From IMG/VR virus record IMGVR_UViG_3300036833_000243, positions 1-40,075 of that record: a stretch of 40,075 nt of DNA; one strand, given 5' to 3'. The DNA is from a virus (taxonomy: Duplodnaviria; Caudoviricetes). The notes under the pieces were generated by a model, which was not told the DNA's origin, did not search any database, and saw only the letters and a program-made list of their open reading frames with translations. Positions 1-8,251 of this stretch are shown here, piece after piece (position 1 is the first letter of the stretch; each line of letters opens with the position of its first letter). The translations under genes were made by a program, and so were the position numbers.

Positions 1-35
1 GCATCTTCGCCGCGCAGTAAAAAACCAACCAGCTG
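1..35 (+). repeat. Terminal direct repeat (circularisation overlap), copy 1
   Basis: gcatcttcgccgcgcagTaaaaaaccaaccagctg matches 40041-40075 except T18 vs G40058. Confidence 0.95.
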
Positions 36-94
36 CTGTTCAACTGCGTGCCGGCGGGCAAATAGCCCCCCTGATGCCGCCGGCAAGCGACCGG

Positions 95-121
95 CCGCCC
101 CGTACGGGGCGGTCCTTTTTT
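95..121 (+). terminator. Rho-independent terminator between holin-like ORF and endolysin
   Basis: ccgcccc-gtac-ggggcgg stem followed by tcctttttt. Confidence 0.7.
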
Positions 122-153
122 GTGTCTGCGGGTTAAAAAAACGAGGTGAGGCC

Positions 154-1134
154 ATGTCCAAGATTGTCATCAGCAGCGGCCACGGCTTGTATGTGCGCGG
201 TGCGTCCGGCTATCTCGACGAGGTGAACGAGGCGCGGCGCGTGGTCGAGCGCGTCGCCAGCATCTGGCGTGATGGCGGCGTTGAGGTGGTGACCTATCAC
301 GACGATGTCTCGCGCACGCAGAGCGAAAACCTGGAGCGCATCGTTGCCTTCCACAACGCGCAGACGCGCGAGCTTGACGTGTCGGTCCACTTCAATGCCG
401 ACCACACGACGTCGAAGCCGATGGGCACCGAGTGCCTCTACGTCACGCAGTACGCGCTGGCGGCCTCGGTCGCGAGTGCGATCGCCGCCGCATGCGGGCT
501 GCCGAACCGGGGCGGAAAGCAGCGCGGCAATCTCTACTTCCTCAACTACACCGAGATGCCGGCGATCCTGATCGAGACGGTGTTCGTCGACAGCTCCGCC
601 GATGCGCAGGCCTACACCGCGCATTTCGATGCGATCTGCGCTGCCATCGCCGACGCGATCGAGCCGGGTGAGCCGGACGAGCTGCCGCCGATCGAGCCGC
701 CCGAGCCGCCCGATCTGGTGCCGCCCGCGGGCGTGTTGTTCCAGGCGCGCGGCCGCTGCAGCTCCTTTGGCGGCCCTGACGATGACGGCGTGAGCGCCAG
801 CGAGGGGCTCGCATTTTTGTATTCCTACGATGACGCGCCGCATCTGTTCTTGCCGGCGCAGCCGTCAGGCACGAGCGGGCTCGCGCGCCGGCTCAACCCC
901 GACCTGTTCTATGTCGCCTGTCGCTGGGATTACGACACGACGCCGAAGGGCATGCTGGCCAACCCCAGCAAGCAGGCGCTGGTGCGCGCGCGCGGTCATG
1001 AGTTTTGGGCGTGGCCGGCGGACTGGGGGCCGCACGAGGACACCGGGCGCGTCGCCGATCTGTCGCCGGCGCTGATGGAGGCGCTTGATCTGGCGACCGA
1101 TGACGAGGTCGAGGTGATCTATCCGGCGTCGTGA
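154..1134 (+). CDS. Endolysin: N-acetylmuramoyl-L-alanine amidase (Amidase_3) plus C-terminal RlpA/DPBB-like domain
   Basis: SSGHG..E, VSVHFNA and ILIETVFVD amidase motifs; Pro/Glu linker; C-terminal DWGP..GRVADLS motif; RBS gaggtgagg. Confidence 0.88.
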   Translation: MSKIVISSGHGLYVRGASGYLDEVNEARRVVERVASIWRDGGVEVVTYHDDVSRTQSENLERIVAFHNAQTRELDVSVHFNADHTTSKPMGTECLYVTQYALAASVASAIAAACGLPNRGGKQRGNLYFLNYTEMPAILIETVFVDSSADAQAYTAHFDAICAAIADAIEPGEPDELPPIEPPEPPDLVPPAGVLFQARGRCSSFGGPDDDGVSASEGLAFLYSYDDAPHLFLPAQPSGTSGLARRLNPDLFYVACRWDYDTTPKGMLANPSKQALVRARGHEFWAWPADWGPHEDTGRVADLSPALMEALDLATDDEVEVIYPAS

Positions 1135-1137
1135 CGC

Positions 1138-1374
1138 CTAGCGCGGTTTCGCCGCGCCCAGCTTCTGCTGGAGGCGCTCCCAATCGCGGTCCGCCATTGC
1201 GTGGCCGATCGAGCGCGCTAGCTCCAACCATCTTTCCCTCTGGTCTGGATGGTCAAGGCTCCTGGGATCGGAGGGATCAAGCCGACGCATAATGGCCAGC
1301 TTGCGGCGTTTTGCGCCGTGCGTTTTTCTCTTATTGTTTCGGGTTTTGCTGCTTTTCGTTGTTGGTTTTGTCAC
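1138..1374 (-). CDS. Small basic hypothetical protein (78 aa, GTG start), distantly similar to the integrase-flanking peptides
   Basis: RBS gagaggga before GTG 1374; C-terminal helix RWLELARSIGHAMADRDWERL. Confidence 0.55.
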   Translation of the reverse strand: MTKPTTKSSKTRNNKRKTHGAKRRKLAIMRRLDPSDPRSLDHPDQRERWLELARSIGHAMADRDWERLQQKLGAAKPR

Positions 1375-1498
1375 GGTTGTCCCTCTCTCGCAGAAGTCGC
1401 TTGAACTCATAGCTGGCAGCATCGCGTGCCAGCGCCTCGATGAAACGCAGCAGTAATTGCTCGTCCACTTCGATTGGCTTTTGGTCGTCAGTGCCCAT
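1331..1498 (-). CDS. 55-aa protein not in the ORF track, paralogue of 3360..3545; candidate recombination accessory factor
   Basis: MGTDDQKPIEVDEQLLLRFIEALARDAASYEFKRLLRERD...; gaggggg upstream; promoter-like TTGCCA-N16-TAGACT upstream. Confidence 0.7.
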   Translation of the reverse strand: MGTDDQKPIEVDEQLLLRFIEALARDAASYEFKRLLRERDNRDKTNNEKQQNPKQ

Positions 1499-1560
1499 TA
1501 CCCAGCATTCCCCCTCGCTGCACGCTGCGCGCGCAGTCTAGCAAACGGGTGTAAGCTGGC

Positions 1561-1576
1561 AACATCCTAGAGTGTG
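1561..1576. promoter_or_regulatory. Operator-like palindrome copy overlapping a leftward -35
   Basis: AACATCCTAGAGTGTG, 13/16 to AACACCCTAGGGTGTT. Confidence 0.7.
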
Positions 1577-1599
1577 GATCGATTAACGATCTTCCATCA

Positions 1600-1628
1600 G
1601 CCCCCGGCGCGAGCTGGGGGCCTTTTTT
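1600..1628 (+). terminator. Rho-independent terminator next to the integrase stop codon
   Basis: gcccccggc-gcga-gctgggggc then ctttttt. Confidence 0.75.
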
Positions 1629-1630
1629 GT

Positions 1631-3391
1631 TCAGGCGGCGGTCGCGGCCACGGCAATCCCAAGCGAAATGACGGTTTCGTCATTCTTCGATAGGTTAAGG
1701 TCCATGACCTCGGACCTTACGCTATCGAAGTTTGCGTTCACCCCGCGTTCCTTGGCGATCTCAGTTGGCGAGCGCGTTGTAAAGCGCGAAGACAGAGCGC
1801 TGAACCGGGTGAATGTTTCGATCTTGTAGGGCCGCTTCTTCGCGGTCGGCTGGACGACAACCTTGGCAACCAAGGCGCGGAGAGCGGGGCTTGCTTCCGG
1901 GTCGCCCTCGGCGAGCTTGGTGGCAATCTCGATCAGGTGGTCACGCCACCACTTGATCGTGGTCGGGTGAAGAGTAACCGTCTCGATCTCTTTATCCGCG
2001 AGCTTGCGCCGCTGATCGAGCACAACCTTCTCGGCCTCCAGCTCCTGCAACTTGGAATGGATGGTCGTTTCGGGCATCGAGCCGATCTCCAGCGCGCGGA
2101 CGAAGCGACCGATCGAGCCCTCGATCTGCGCGAGGCGCTTCTCGATCTGTCCGTCCTCGCGCAGGATTTGTTTCCGCTCGGCCGCGTACTCTTGCTGGAA
2201 CAGATCGACAAAACGCTGCATCTCCTTCGGGTCGGAGAAGCGGTCGCGGAGGAACCTTACCGCCAGCCGCGTGATCTGGCCCGCATCGTAGGAACGGCCA
2301 TGCTGGCAAACAGCGCGGTTCTTGTCCGCCGCTGCGCACACGATGCGGCCGCCGCCTGCGCTCGTGCAGATTCGCATATCCGCGCCGCAGGCCCCGCAGC
2401 GCAGGAGGCCTGCGAGCAGCCACTTGCGCCGGGGGACGATGCGGCCGCCGGTTTTGTTACGGGCCTTGGAGCGGCTCTTGGTGACCGCGTGCGCGGCTTC
2501 CCAGAGACCGTCGTCAATGATACGCAGATGATCAGCTCGTGCCGTCATCCAATCGCGCTCGTCACGCGGCCGCTGCTCCAGGTTGGCCGTGTATGGATTT
2601 TTGACATTACAAGTTTTGTTCCAGTTGATCTCGCCAAGGTAGAGGCGATTGTGGATGATGCCCTGGTTGCCAGAGTTGATGATGCTGTGCGGCGTCCAGG
2701 CCTTGTCCGACTTTGCCTCCTTGCCCCGTGCGCGCCTGCGTTCGTTGATCAGCGCATAAGGCGATGGAACGCTTTCGGCATTCAAACGCGCGGCGATGGC
2801 GCGCGGGGATGTGCCAACAGCGAACTCGCGGAAGATGCGGACAACGATCTTTACCTGTGCCGGATCGATCTCGCGCTCTCCCGGCTTGCCGGCGACTAAG
2901 CGATATCCGTATGACACCGCGCCGGGGATTTTTCCCGCCGTGACTTTGAGCGCATGTTGCCGATGCACCTTGTCGGCAACATCTTTGGTAAAGGTTTCGC
3001 CGATTAGGCCGCGCAAGGCGATGAGCATGTTGCTGGCCTCGCCCTCGTTGGCGGCAATGACTTTGATGCTCCAGTATTTGAGGTCGCGGCAGACGCCGGC
3101 CATGTCGGCGAGCGTGCGTGACAAGCGGTCAAGGCTTTCGACCAGCAGCACGTCGAACTCACGACGCTGCGCAGCCTGCTTCATCGCGTTTAGCTCAGTG
3201 CGATGTTCTGTCGCCGAGCCACTCTTCGCGCGATCCGCATAGATATGGACGATATTGTAGTCACCACCAAATTTTGTGCGGAGCAAGTTGACCTGAGCAT
3301 CGATCGAAATGTCTTGCTGACCGGTCGTGGAATAGCGCGCATAGATCACTGCGCGTGGTTTAGTCGTCTTGCTGCTTGCCGCTTTTGCCAT
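1631..3391 (-). CDS. int: Large serine recombinase (phage integrase), 586 aa from probable ATG 3391
   Basis: VIYARYST catalytic Ser, DRAKSG, ESLDRLSR, YGY recombinase domain, LLAGLLRCGACG zinc ribbon, coiled coil. Confidence 0.95.
   Translation of the reverse strand: MAKAASSKTTKPRAVIYARYSTTGQQDISIDAQVNLLRTKFGGDYNIVHIYADRAKSGSATEHRTELNAMKQAAQRREFDVLLVESLDRLSRTLADMAGVCRDLKYWSIKVIAANEGEASNMLIALRGLIGETFTKDVADKVHRQHALKVTAGKIPGAVSYGYRLVAGKPGEREIDPAQVKIVVRIFREFAVGTSPRAIAARLNAESVPSPYALINERRRARGKEAKSDKAWTPHSIINSGNQGIIHNRLYLGEINWNKTCNVKNPYTANLEQRPRDERDWMTARADHLRIIDDGLWEAAHAVTKSRSKARNKTGGRIVPRRKWLLAGLLRCGACGADMRICTSAGGGRIVCAAADKNRAVCQHGRSYDAGQITRLAVRFLRDRFSDPKEMQRFVDLFQQEYAAERKQILREDGQIEKRLAQIEGSIGRFVRALEIGSMPETTIHSKLQELEAEKVVLDQRRKLADKEIETVTLHPTTIKWWRDHLIEIATKLAEGDPEASPALRALVAKVVVQPTAKKRPYKIETFTRFSALSSRFTTRSPTEIAKERGVNANFDSVRSEVMDLNLSKNDETVISLGIAVAATAA
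1685..1730. other. Candidate attP (46-bp symmetric inverted repeat) inside integrase 3' end
   Basis: cttcgatag-gt-taaggtcc-atgacctc-ggacctta-cg-ctatcgaag; 17 paired positions per arm, centre at 1707/1708. Confidence 0.6.
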
Positions 3392-3545
3392 GTCCAGCCC
3401 CGCGCTCTTGCTGTCGCCGTATCTCATACCGAGCGGCTGCTCGGGCGAGGGCCTCGACAAAACGACACCACAGCTCCTCGCCGTCGTCATCCTCTTGTCG
3501 AGGCGGCTTGTGCGAGAATACCACGAGATCATCTCCCGTCAACAC
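3360..3545 (-). CDS. Small helical protein overlapping the integrase start; candidate accessory/directionality factor
   Basis: EELWCRFVEALARAAARYEIRR, clearly similar to 1331..1498; start codon uncertain. Confidence 0.55.
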   Translation of the reverse strand: MLTGDDLVVFSHKPPRQEDDDGEELWCRFVEALARAAARYEIRRQQERGAGHGKSGKQQDD

Positions 3546-3556
3546 CCTAGGGTGTT
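3541..3556. promoter_or_regulatory. Perfect palindromic operator overlapping the leftward integrase promoter
   Basis: AACACCCTAGGGTGTT; minus strand reads TTGACG-N16-TATTCT; 21 bp (3538-3558) identical to 12599-12619. Confidence 0.8.
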
Positions 3557-4184
3557 AATTTTCGGTAGGTTTAACAGGACCTTGCTCGCTCAAATAGCCG
3601 CTCGTGCCAGCGCTCTGGTTGGCGCCGAGATTGCCAGCCAAACAGGCGCTAGCTGCTTGATTGTTGCCGAGCGTGTTGGGGTTCTCGATCTCGTCGGCGA
3701 TCGCCGCCAGGTTGACCTTTGGCTCTTCCGGTTTGGGCTCGGCCGAGAGCGCGTCGAGGATCACCTTGCCGGCGACGTGCAGCCGCTCGATTGTGCGTGC
3801 GTGCTTGAGCTTGAAGAAATCGCGCTCCTCGGTCAGCCGCCCGACCTCGGCCGCGCGCGACGCCGCGAGCTTGGCGGTCTCGCGGTCGTGCAGGTCGATT
3901 GTTTTCTGCGTGTGCTCGTCGAAGGTTTTGCGATCGAGCGCAAGCCGCATGTCGAGCTGGCGCACTTGCTCCTCGGCGGCGAGCGCCTTGGCGCGCCACT
4001 GATCACAATCATGCTTGAGCCGCTCGATCTCGGCTTGGTCGTCGATCAGGCGCTGCGCGAAATTGAGCGCCGCTGGATCATAGGCACGCGTCGGCGTCGG
4101 CTTTGATTGCGGTGCCGGCATGGGCGCGGCTTGCGGTAGCCGCGGTTCAGCGGGCTTGTCGCGGCGGAGGTTTAGCATCGACAT
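3555..4184 (-). CDS. Coiled-coil hypothetical protein
   Basis: Long heptad-rich helix; RBS gggag; part of the coupled leftward operon. Confidence 0.75.
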   Translation of the reverse strand: MSMLNLRRDKPAEPRLPQAAPMPAPQSKPTPTRAYDPAALNFAQRLIDDQAEIERLKHDCDQWRAKALAAEEQVRQLDMRLALDRKTFDEHTQKTIDLHDRETAKLAASRAAEVGRLTEERDFFKLKHARTIERLHVAGKVILDALSAEPKPEEPKVNLAAIADEIENPNTLGNNQAASACLAGNLGANQSAGTSGYLSEQGPVKPTEN

Positions 4185-4368
4185 GGGTGCGCTCCCTGGC
4201 TAGACGTTCCAATGTTGCGAGCACGGCTCGCATGCGGTCGAGAAAAAAATCGGCTTCCGACTTGCGCATCTTGCGGCGCACGACCAGCGAAGGATAAATC
4301 TGCGTGCGCAGCGCGAGCTCGCGATGCACCTCGGCGATCTGCGCATCGAGGGTGATTTCATCGGGCAT
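4147..4368 (-). CDS. Small phage hypothetical protein
   Basis: QIAEVHRELALRTQIYP..V...KM pattern seen in phage early regions; overlaps both neighbours. Confidence 0.75.
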   Translation of the reverse strand: MPDEITLDAQIAEVHRELALRTQIYPSLVVRRKMRKSEADFFLDRMRAVLATLERLARERTHVDAKPPPRQAR

Positions 4369-5254
4369 CGTCGTTTGCCCTGTCTGCGGCCAGCTTTTGA
4401 TCGGCCGCGCGCATCAGCTCGCGCAGCTCGTCGCCGATCGCGTTGACGCGCGCCTGCTCGAACCCCTCGCAGTTGCGATAGAAGGCGCGGAACGCGATCG
4501 AGCCGCGTCTCGCCTCGCGCTTGGCCTCCTCCTCGATCGTCGGCCTTGATTGCGCCGCCTCGCCCTCGGCCACTCTGGGTATGCCGGGAAGAGGGGTCTC
4601 AGGCGAGGCGGCTTCCGCCGCTGCGGGTACTGCGGCGTCCCCGGCGGCGGATTGAGTTTCGACGTCGGCGCTTGGCGCCGGGTCCATCAACATCACGTTG
4701 GGCGCCGGCGGCGTCGGTCGGAACGGCTCCGCCACCGCGACCTCGGTCTCGTCCAGAAAGCCTAAGCCCGAGATCGACAGCGTGACGCGGCGTTTGGCCT
4801 TGGTGATGCATTTGAGGATGGCGTTGGCGCGGTCCTCGTACATCAGCGTCTTGCCGGCATGCGGATGCGCGCGCCATTCTCCCTTGCTATCTTTGTAGCG
4901 CACGGGATAGACGAACGACACCGCCCCCAGGTCCTCGTCCGCGCGGCCGTGCTTATCCGTGGCGCGCACATGCACCGTGAGCAGATCGTCACTCATGTCC
5001 TGGCTGACGATCGCGATCGAGATGCCGTTGAGCTTGCGCAGCTGGTCGGCACAGTCACGGCGCGCGTACAGCACGCCCTTGCCCTGCAAGGTGATGTATT
5101 CGAGCGGTCGCGTCAGCGGGTTCAAGCCGAGCGAGTGGCAGACCGCGTTGTAGTATTGCACGCGCTCGTCGGACGTGAGCTTGTTCAGGTCACCCTTGAG
5201 CAGGACGGCCTCCATGATGTCGGCGGCCGGCGGGATTTTTTGTGGGACGGTCAT
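4358..5254 (-). CDS. Putative single-strand annealing protein (RecT/Bet-like)
   Basis: CHSLGLNPL, LYARRD..QLR, NAILKCITKAKRRVTLSISGLG motifs; same operon as YqaJ exonuclease; RBS aaggaaagg. Confidence 0.7.
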   Translation of the reverse strand: MTVPQKIPPAADIMEAVLLKGDLNKLTSDERVQYYNAVCHSLGLNPLTRPLEYITLQGKGVLYARRDCADQLRKLNGISIAIVSQDMSDDLLTVHVRATDKHGRADEDLGAVSFVYPVRYKDSKGEWRAHPHAGKTLMYEDRANAILKCITKAKRRVTLSISGLGFLDETEVAVAEPFRPTPPAPNVMLMDPAPSADVETQSAAGDAAVPAAAEAASPETPLPGIPRVAEGEAAQSRPTIEEEAKREARRGSIAFRAFYRNCEGFEQARVNAIGDELRELMRAADQKLAADRANDDAR

Positions 5255-5441
5255 TTCACCTTTCCTTTGAGTGGCGGCTTGCCTCCCTTCACCAGATGCT
5301 GTGTCGATCCCGAAGGCGGACTGGAAGGAGGCCTTGAGTTTCCTCGCCCGTTGCCGCCGCGGCTGCGTCGGAAAGCAACCCTCCTTCGGGTTTCCGCCAG
5401 AAATGGCGAGGCATTTGCGCCTCGCCTCTCTTTGTTTACGA

Positions 5442-6320
5442 TCAGGCCTTCACGGTGAGCAGGCCTTTTTTCCAATCGTGCTTGATCTCACGAATGGTTT
5501 TGCCTTCGAAGAAGGCGTTGTAGGCGTAGATGCAGCCCTGATAGTAGTCGCCCGGCTTCAGCTTTTCGGCGCGACCGTTTTCTTTGAGCGCTTTGAGCCA
5601 AGCGTCGAGCACGGTCGCTGGATGGTTGTCCTCATACTCGCGACCGCCCCGTGCCACGTCCTGCCAGAACTTGCGTGCGTCCTGGTCGTTTTTGTCAAAC
5701 GTAGCGTACATGGCGGCGACGATTGGGACGCGCTTGAGTTCCGGTGTCTTGATGGTGAACAGATCGCCGATCCATTGGATGAATGGATGCAGAGCCGTGT
5801 GACCCATCAATGTGTACACGTCGTCGCCTTGCTTGGCGGAGATGCCTTCGACATGTTTCTGCCAATAGGCGACGCCCTCGACTGCGAGTTTGGCGCTTGG
5901 ACGCGGGACATTTTGCAAGGGCTGATAGAGGCCCTGGTAGGCGCCAGACACATCGGCGGGGCTGCGGCTCGACTTACGATCGTCAAACTGCCGGAACAGC
6001 AACGCGAGATCGTCGTCATTCTCGACCTCGTAGCTGTCCAGATGCACGGTCAGGTTCGAGGGGAATGAAGCTTCGTCGTAAGACGTAAGCATCGTGCTCG
6101 AATGCTGCCCGTTCATGCGCATCTCGGCGTGCCCGTTGCCCTTGTGCGTGACCTTTGCCCAAGCAAACGGGATAGCAAGGCCTGCATCCACTTTTTCTTT
6201 GAGATGCTTGACCCGGCTGTCACTGATCTCGCGCTCGGTTGGCGAGGGGGCCATGGCCTTGAAGCCGAGCGCGATCTCTCGCGTCAGTGGCTTGTTCTCT
6301 GTTTTGACGAGACGAAACAT
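5442..6320 (-). CDS. ParB-like N-terminal (DGQHR-type) domain protein, 292 aa
   Basis: ER.IS..RV..L...RMNGQHS..ML...F.QFD....RS..D pattern; RBS gagg before ATG 6320; lower GC than flanks. Confidence 0.65.
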   Translation of the reverse strand: MFRLVKTENKPLTREIALGFKAMAPSPTEREISDSRVKHLKEKVDAGLAIPFAWAKVTHKGNGHAEMRMNGQHSSTMLTSYDEASFPSNLTVHLDSYEVENDDDLALLFRQFDDRKSSRSPADVSGAYQGLYQPLQNVPRPSAKLAVEGVAYWQKHVEGISAKQGDDVYTLMGHTALHPFIQWIGDLFTIKTPELKRVPIVAAMYATFDKNDQDARKFWQDVARGGREYEDNHPATVLDAWLKALKENGRAEKLKPGDYYQGCIYAYNAFFEGKTIREIKHDWKKGLLTVKA

Positions 6321-6356
6321 GGTAACAACCTCATTGCGGGACTGTGATAGATGAAA

Positions 6357-6388
6357 CCGGATGTCTCCCGTCCCGGGGAGACATCCGG
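6357..6388. other. 13-bp perfect hairpin between the two ParB-related genes
   Basis: ccggatgtctccc-gtcccg-gggagacatccgg, directly after the 6389 stop. Confidence 0.7.
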
Positions 6389-7138
6389 CTACGCGGTCCA
6401 TTCGTCGAGGAGGCGCTGAAGCCGCTCGGCAAGCATGGCGACCACGGCTGGAACCATGGTCGCCATGTTCTTTTTGCCTTCGATCTTCAGGTCCTTGATG
6501 ATGGGACCGAGTTTCTCCGCAAGCTCGGTGGCGCTTACGGTCTTTTCCTTGGCGAACAACCGATATTCGTTGTGTTGATCGCGTCCCTTGAGACGATGCT
6601 CCAGGTCGACGCTGCCAAGCTTGCGCATGTTGCGCAGCGCGGCCTCGGCTGACTTACCGTCGGTCTCAAGCGCTTCGGCGATCTCGGCGAGCGAATGCCA
6701 CTTGCCGTCGGCAAACTGTTCACGCACGGCTTTGGCGTGGCCCTTGGGCGCTGTACCTTCATGCACGCGCGTATTGTCTTTGATGAATTTGAGTACCTGT
6801 TGGAAGCGGATACGCTCGTTGCCCTCGTTCTGATCGGTCTTAAACCAAAGGTCGCGAAATCGGCCTTCGGTGAGATTGTTGGGTAGCTTTTCGGCGTTTG
6901 CTACATTTGTAGCAAACATCAAAAACCGTCCGTACGTGAGACGAAACGCAACCCACTGCCGTGACTTGCCCTCCTTCTTGGCGAGCTTCTCTTGCGTCCA
7001 GCCCGAGCGCGCAAATAGCTGCGCCAAATCCTGCTCCCACCAGACGCCAGCGGTCGCCTTGTCAGGCGCGATCTTGGCGCGCTCGGCGTCGTACTGCGCC
7101 TCGGTCATGACGCTGTGCAATACCGGCTGGATGCTCAT
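6389..7138 (-). CDS. DNA-binding protein with ParB/KorB-type HTH and a second winged-HTH-like segment
   Basis: GWTQEKLAKKEGKSRQWVAFRL; WHSLAEIAEALETDGKSAEAALRNM. Confidence 0.7.
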   Translation of the reverse strand: MSIQPVLHSVMTEAQYDAERAKIAPDKATAGVWWEQDLAQLFARSGWTQEKLAKKEGKSRQWVAFRLTYGRFLMFATNVANAEKLPNNLTEGRFRDLWFKTDQNEGNERIRFQQVLKFIKDNTRVHEGTAPKGHAKAVREQFADGKWHSLAEIAEALETDGKSAEAALRNMRKLGSVDLEHRLKGRDQHNEYRLFAKEKTVSATELAEKLGPIIKDLKIEGKKNMATMVPAVVAMLAERLQRLLDEWTA

Positions 7139-7923
7139 TCTTCACCCTCCCGCAAGCTCAATCGCCCCGCGCGATCACGCGAAATACGAACGCCGTGGCC
7201 GATGCAGCGCTTGGCGTCGTCGGGCACCATCGCCTTGAGCACCTTCTCGCATTCCTTGGCGGTGTCGGCGGCGCCCTTGCTCTGCAGCCACGAGAGCGCG
7301 TGGCGCTGCCATTTCTCCGACGTCGTCATGTCGTAGATTTTGCCGGCGTCGCCGATCGGTCCTGGCACCGGTTCGAGCGCCACCGGCGGACGGCGCTCGC
7401 GCACGCAGGCCATGAATTGCGCGCCGCGCGCAATCATCTCGTCGGCGTAGGCGGTATCGCGCTCGATGAACTCGACCAGCGGCGCGTCAGCGCCTTGGAT
7501 GATCGAGATCGCACACTGGTCGGCACCGGTGCATTCCATTTGCCATTGCATTTGCGGCTGGTAGCGATCGATGACCACTTCGATTGGCTCGCGGCCGCCG
7601 ACATGCTTGACCTCGACCGGGCACTCAAGTTCCGCGCACCAGCCATCTAGGGTGCAGGCCGCCCACGCCAAATAGGGATGTTGCACGACGTCGCCGCGCC
7701 GGATCACCGCATAGTTCTTCTTCTCGAACCAGCGCAGATTGAGTTCCTCGGTGGCGGCGCCAAGCTGCACCGGCCACACCTCGGACAAGTCCTCCTCGGG
7801 CGCTTCCCCAGTCATCTCGCGGTAGAGACGATCGATTTTCACGGCGTCGCCGGTCATCAGCGCGGCAATCCTACTTGCGGTCAATTTTCCCGCTCTCTGT
7901 GCTTGCTGCGCAGCGTTCAACAT
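7135..7923 (-). CDS. YqaJ/lambda-exonuclease family recombination nuclease
   Basis: LTASRIAALM, G...E, HP..W.ACTLDG, VEVKH, YQPQMQWQM motifs. Confidence 0.9.
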   Translation of the reverse strand: MLNAAQQAQRAGKLTASRIAALMTGDAVKIDRLYREMTGEAPEEDLSEVWPVQLGAATEELNLRWFEKKNYAVIRRGDVVQHPYLAWAACTLDGWCAELECPVEVKHVGGREPIEVVIDRYQPQMQWQMECTGADQCAISIIQGADAPLVEFIERDTAYADEMIARGAQFMACVRERRPPVALEPVPGPIGDAGKIYDMTTSEKWQRHALSWLQSKGAADTAKECEKVLKAMVPDDAKRCIGHGVRISRDRAGRLSLREGEE

Positions 7924-7938
7924 GACGTGCCCCGTTGC

Positions 7939-8220
7939 TTAGTGACGGGTCTCTTGCGTCTCCTCGAACGTGATGTTCGAGGACATGAACGGGCGGTTGG
8001 GCTCGCCGTCGCGCCGCAGCGGGAACTGTTTCGACTGCGTGCGCCAGAACTCGCATGCGGTGGAAAGATCGCTGAAGCGCTTGGCGCGAGTAATGTCGGG
8101 GGTGAAGGTGCCGAGCCCGCGGCCGAGATTGTGCTCGAAATCGAAGGCCCGCAGGTACATGCCGGCGACCGGGCAGCTCGCTCCGCTGGCAAAGCCGGCG
8201 ACCCTGATGACGAAGGCCAC
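7939..8220 (-). CDS. Phage hypothetical protein, first gene of the leftward operon
   Basis: RBS ggagga before GTG; GRG..TFT.D, W..QS...PLR.DG.PNRP pattern. Confidence 0.75.
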   Translation of the reverse strand: MAFVIRVAGFASGASCPVAGMYLRAFDFEHNLGRGLGTFTPDITRAKRFSDLSTACEFWRTQSKQFPLRRDGEPNRPFMSSNITFEETQETRH

Positions 8221-8251
8221 GAGCTATTCCTCCCGGTTCTAAAAAAAACTC

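Noticed and set aside
3392-3532. N-terminal extension of the integrase as given in the ORF track
   Set aside because: It overlaps the predicted promoter and the paralogous micro-ORF in another frame; the catalytic domain begins right after ATG 3391.
5251-5475. 74-aa minus-strand ORF in the track
   Set aside because: Low-complexity basic sequence overlapping the previous gene end; may be an untranslated spacer.
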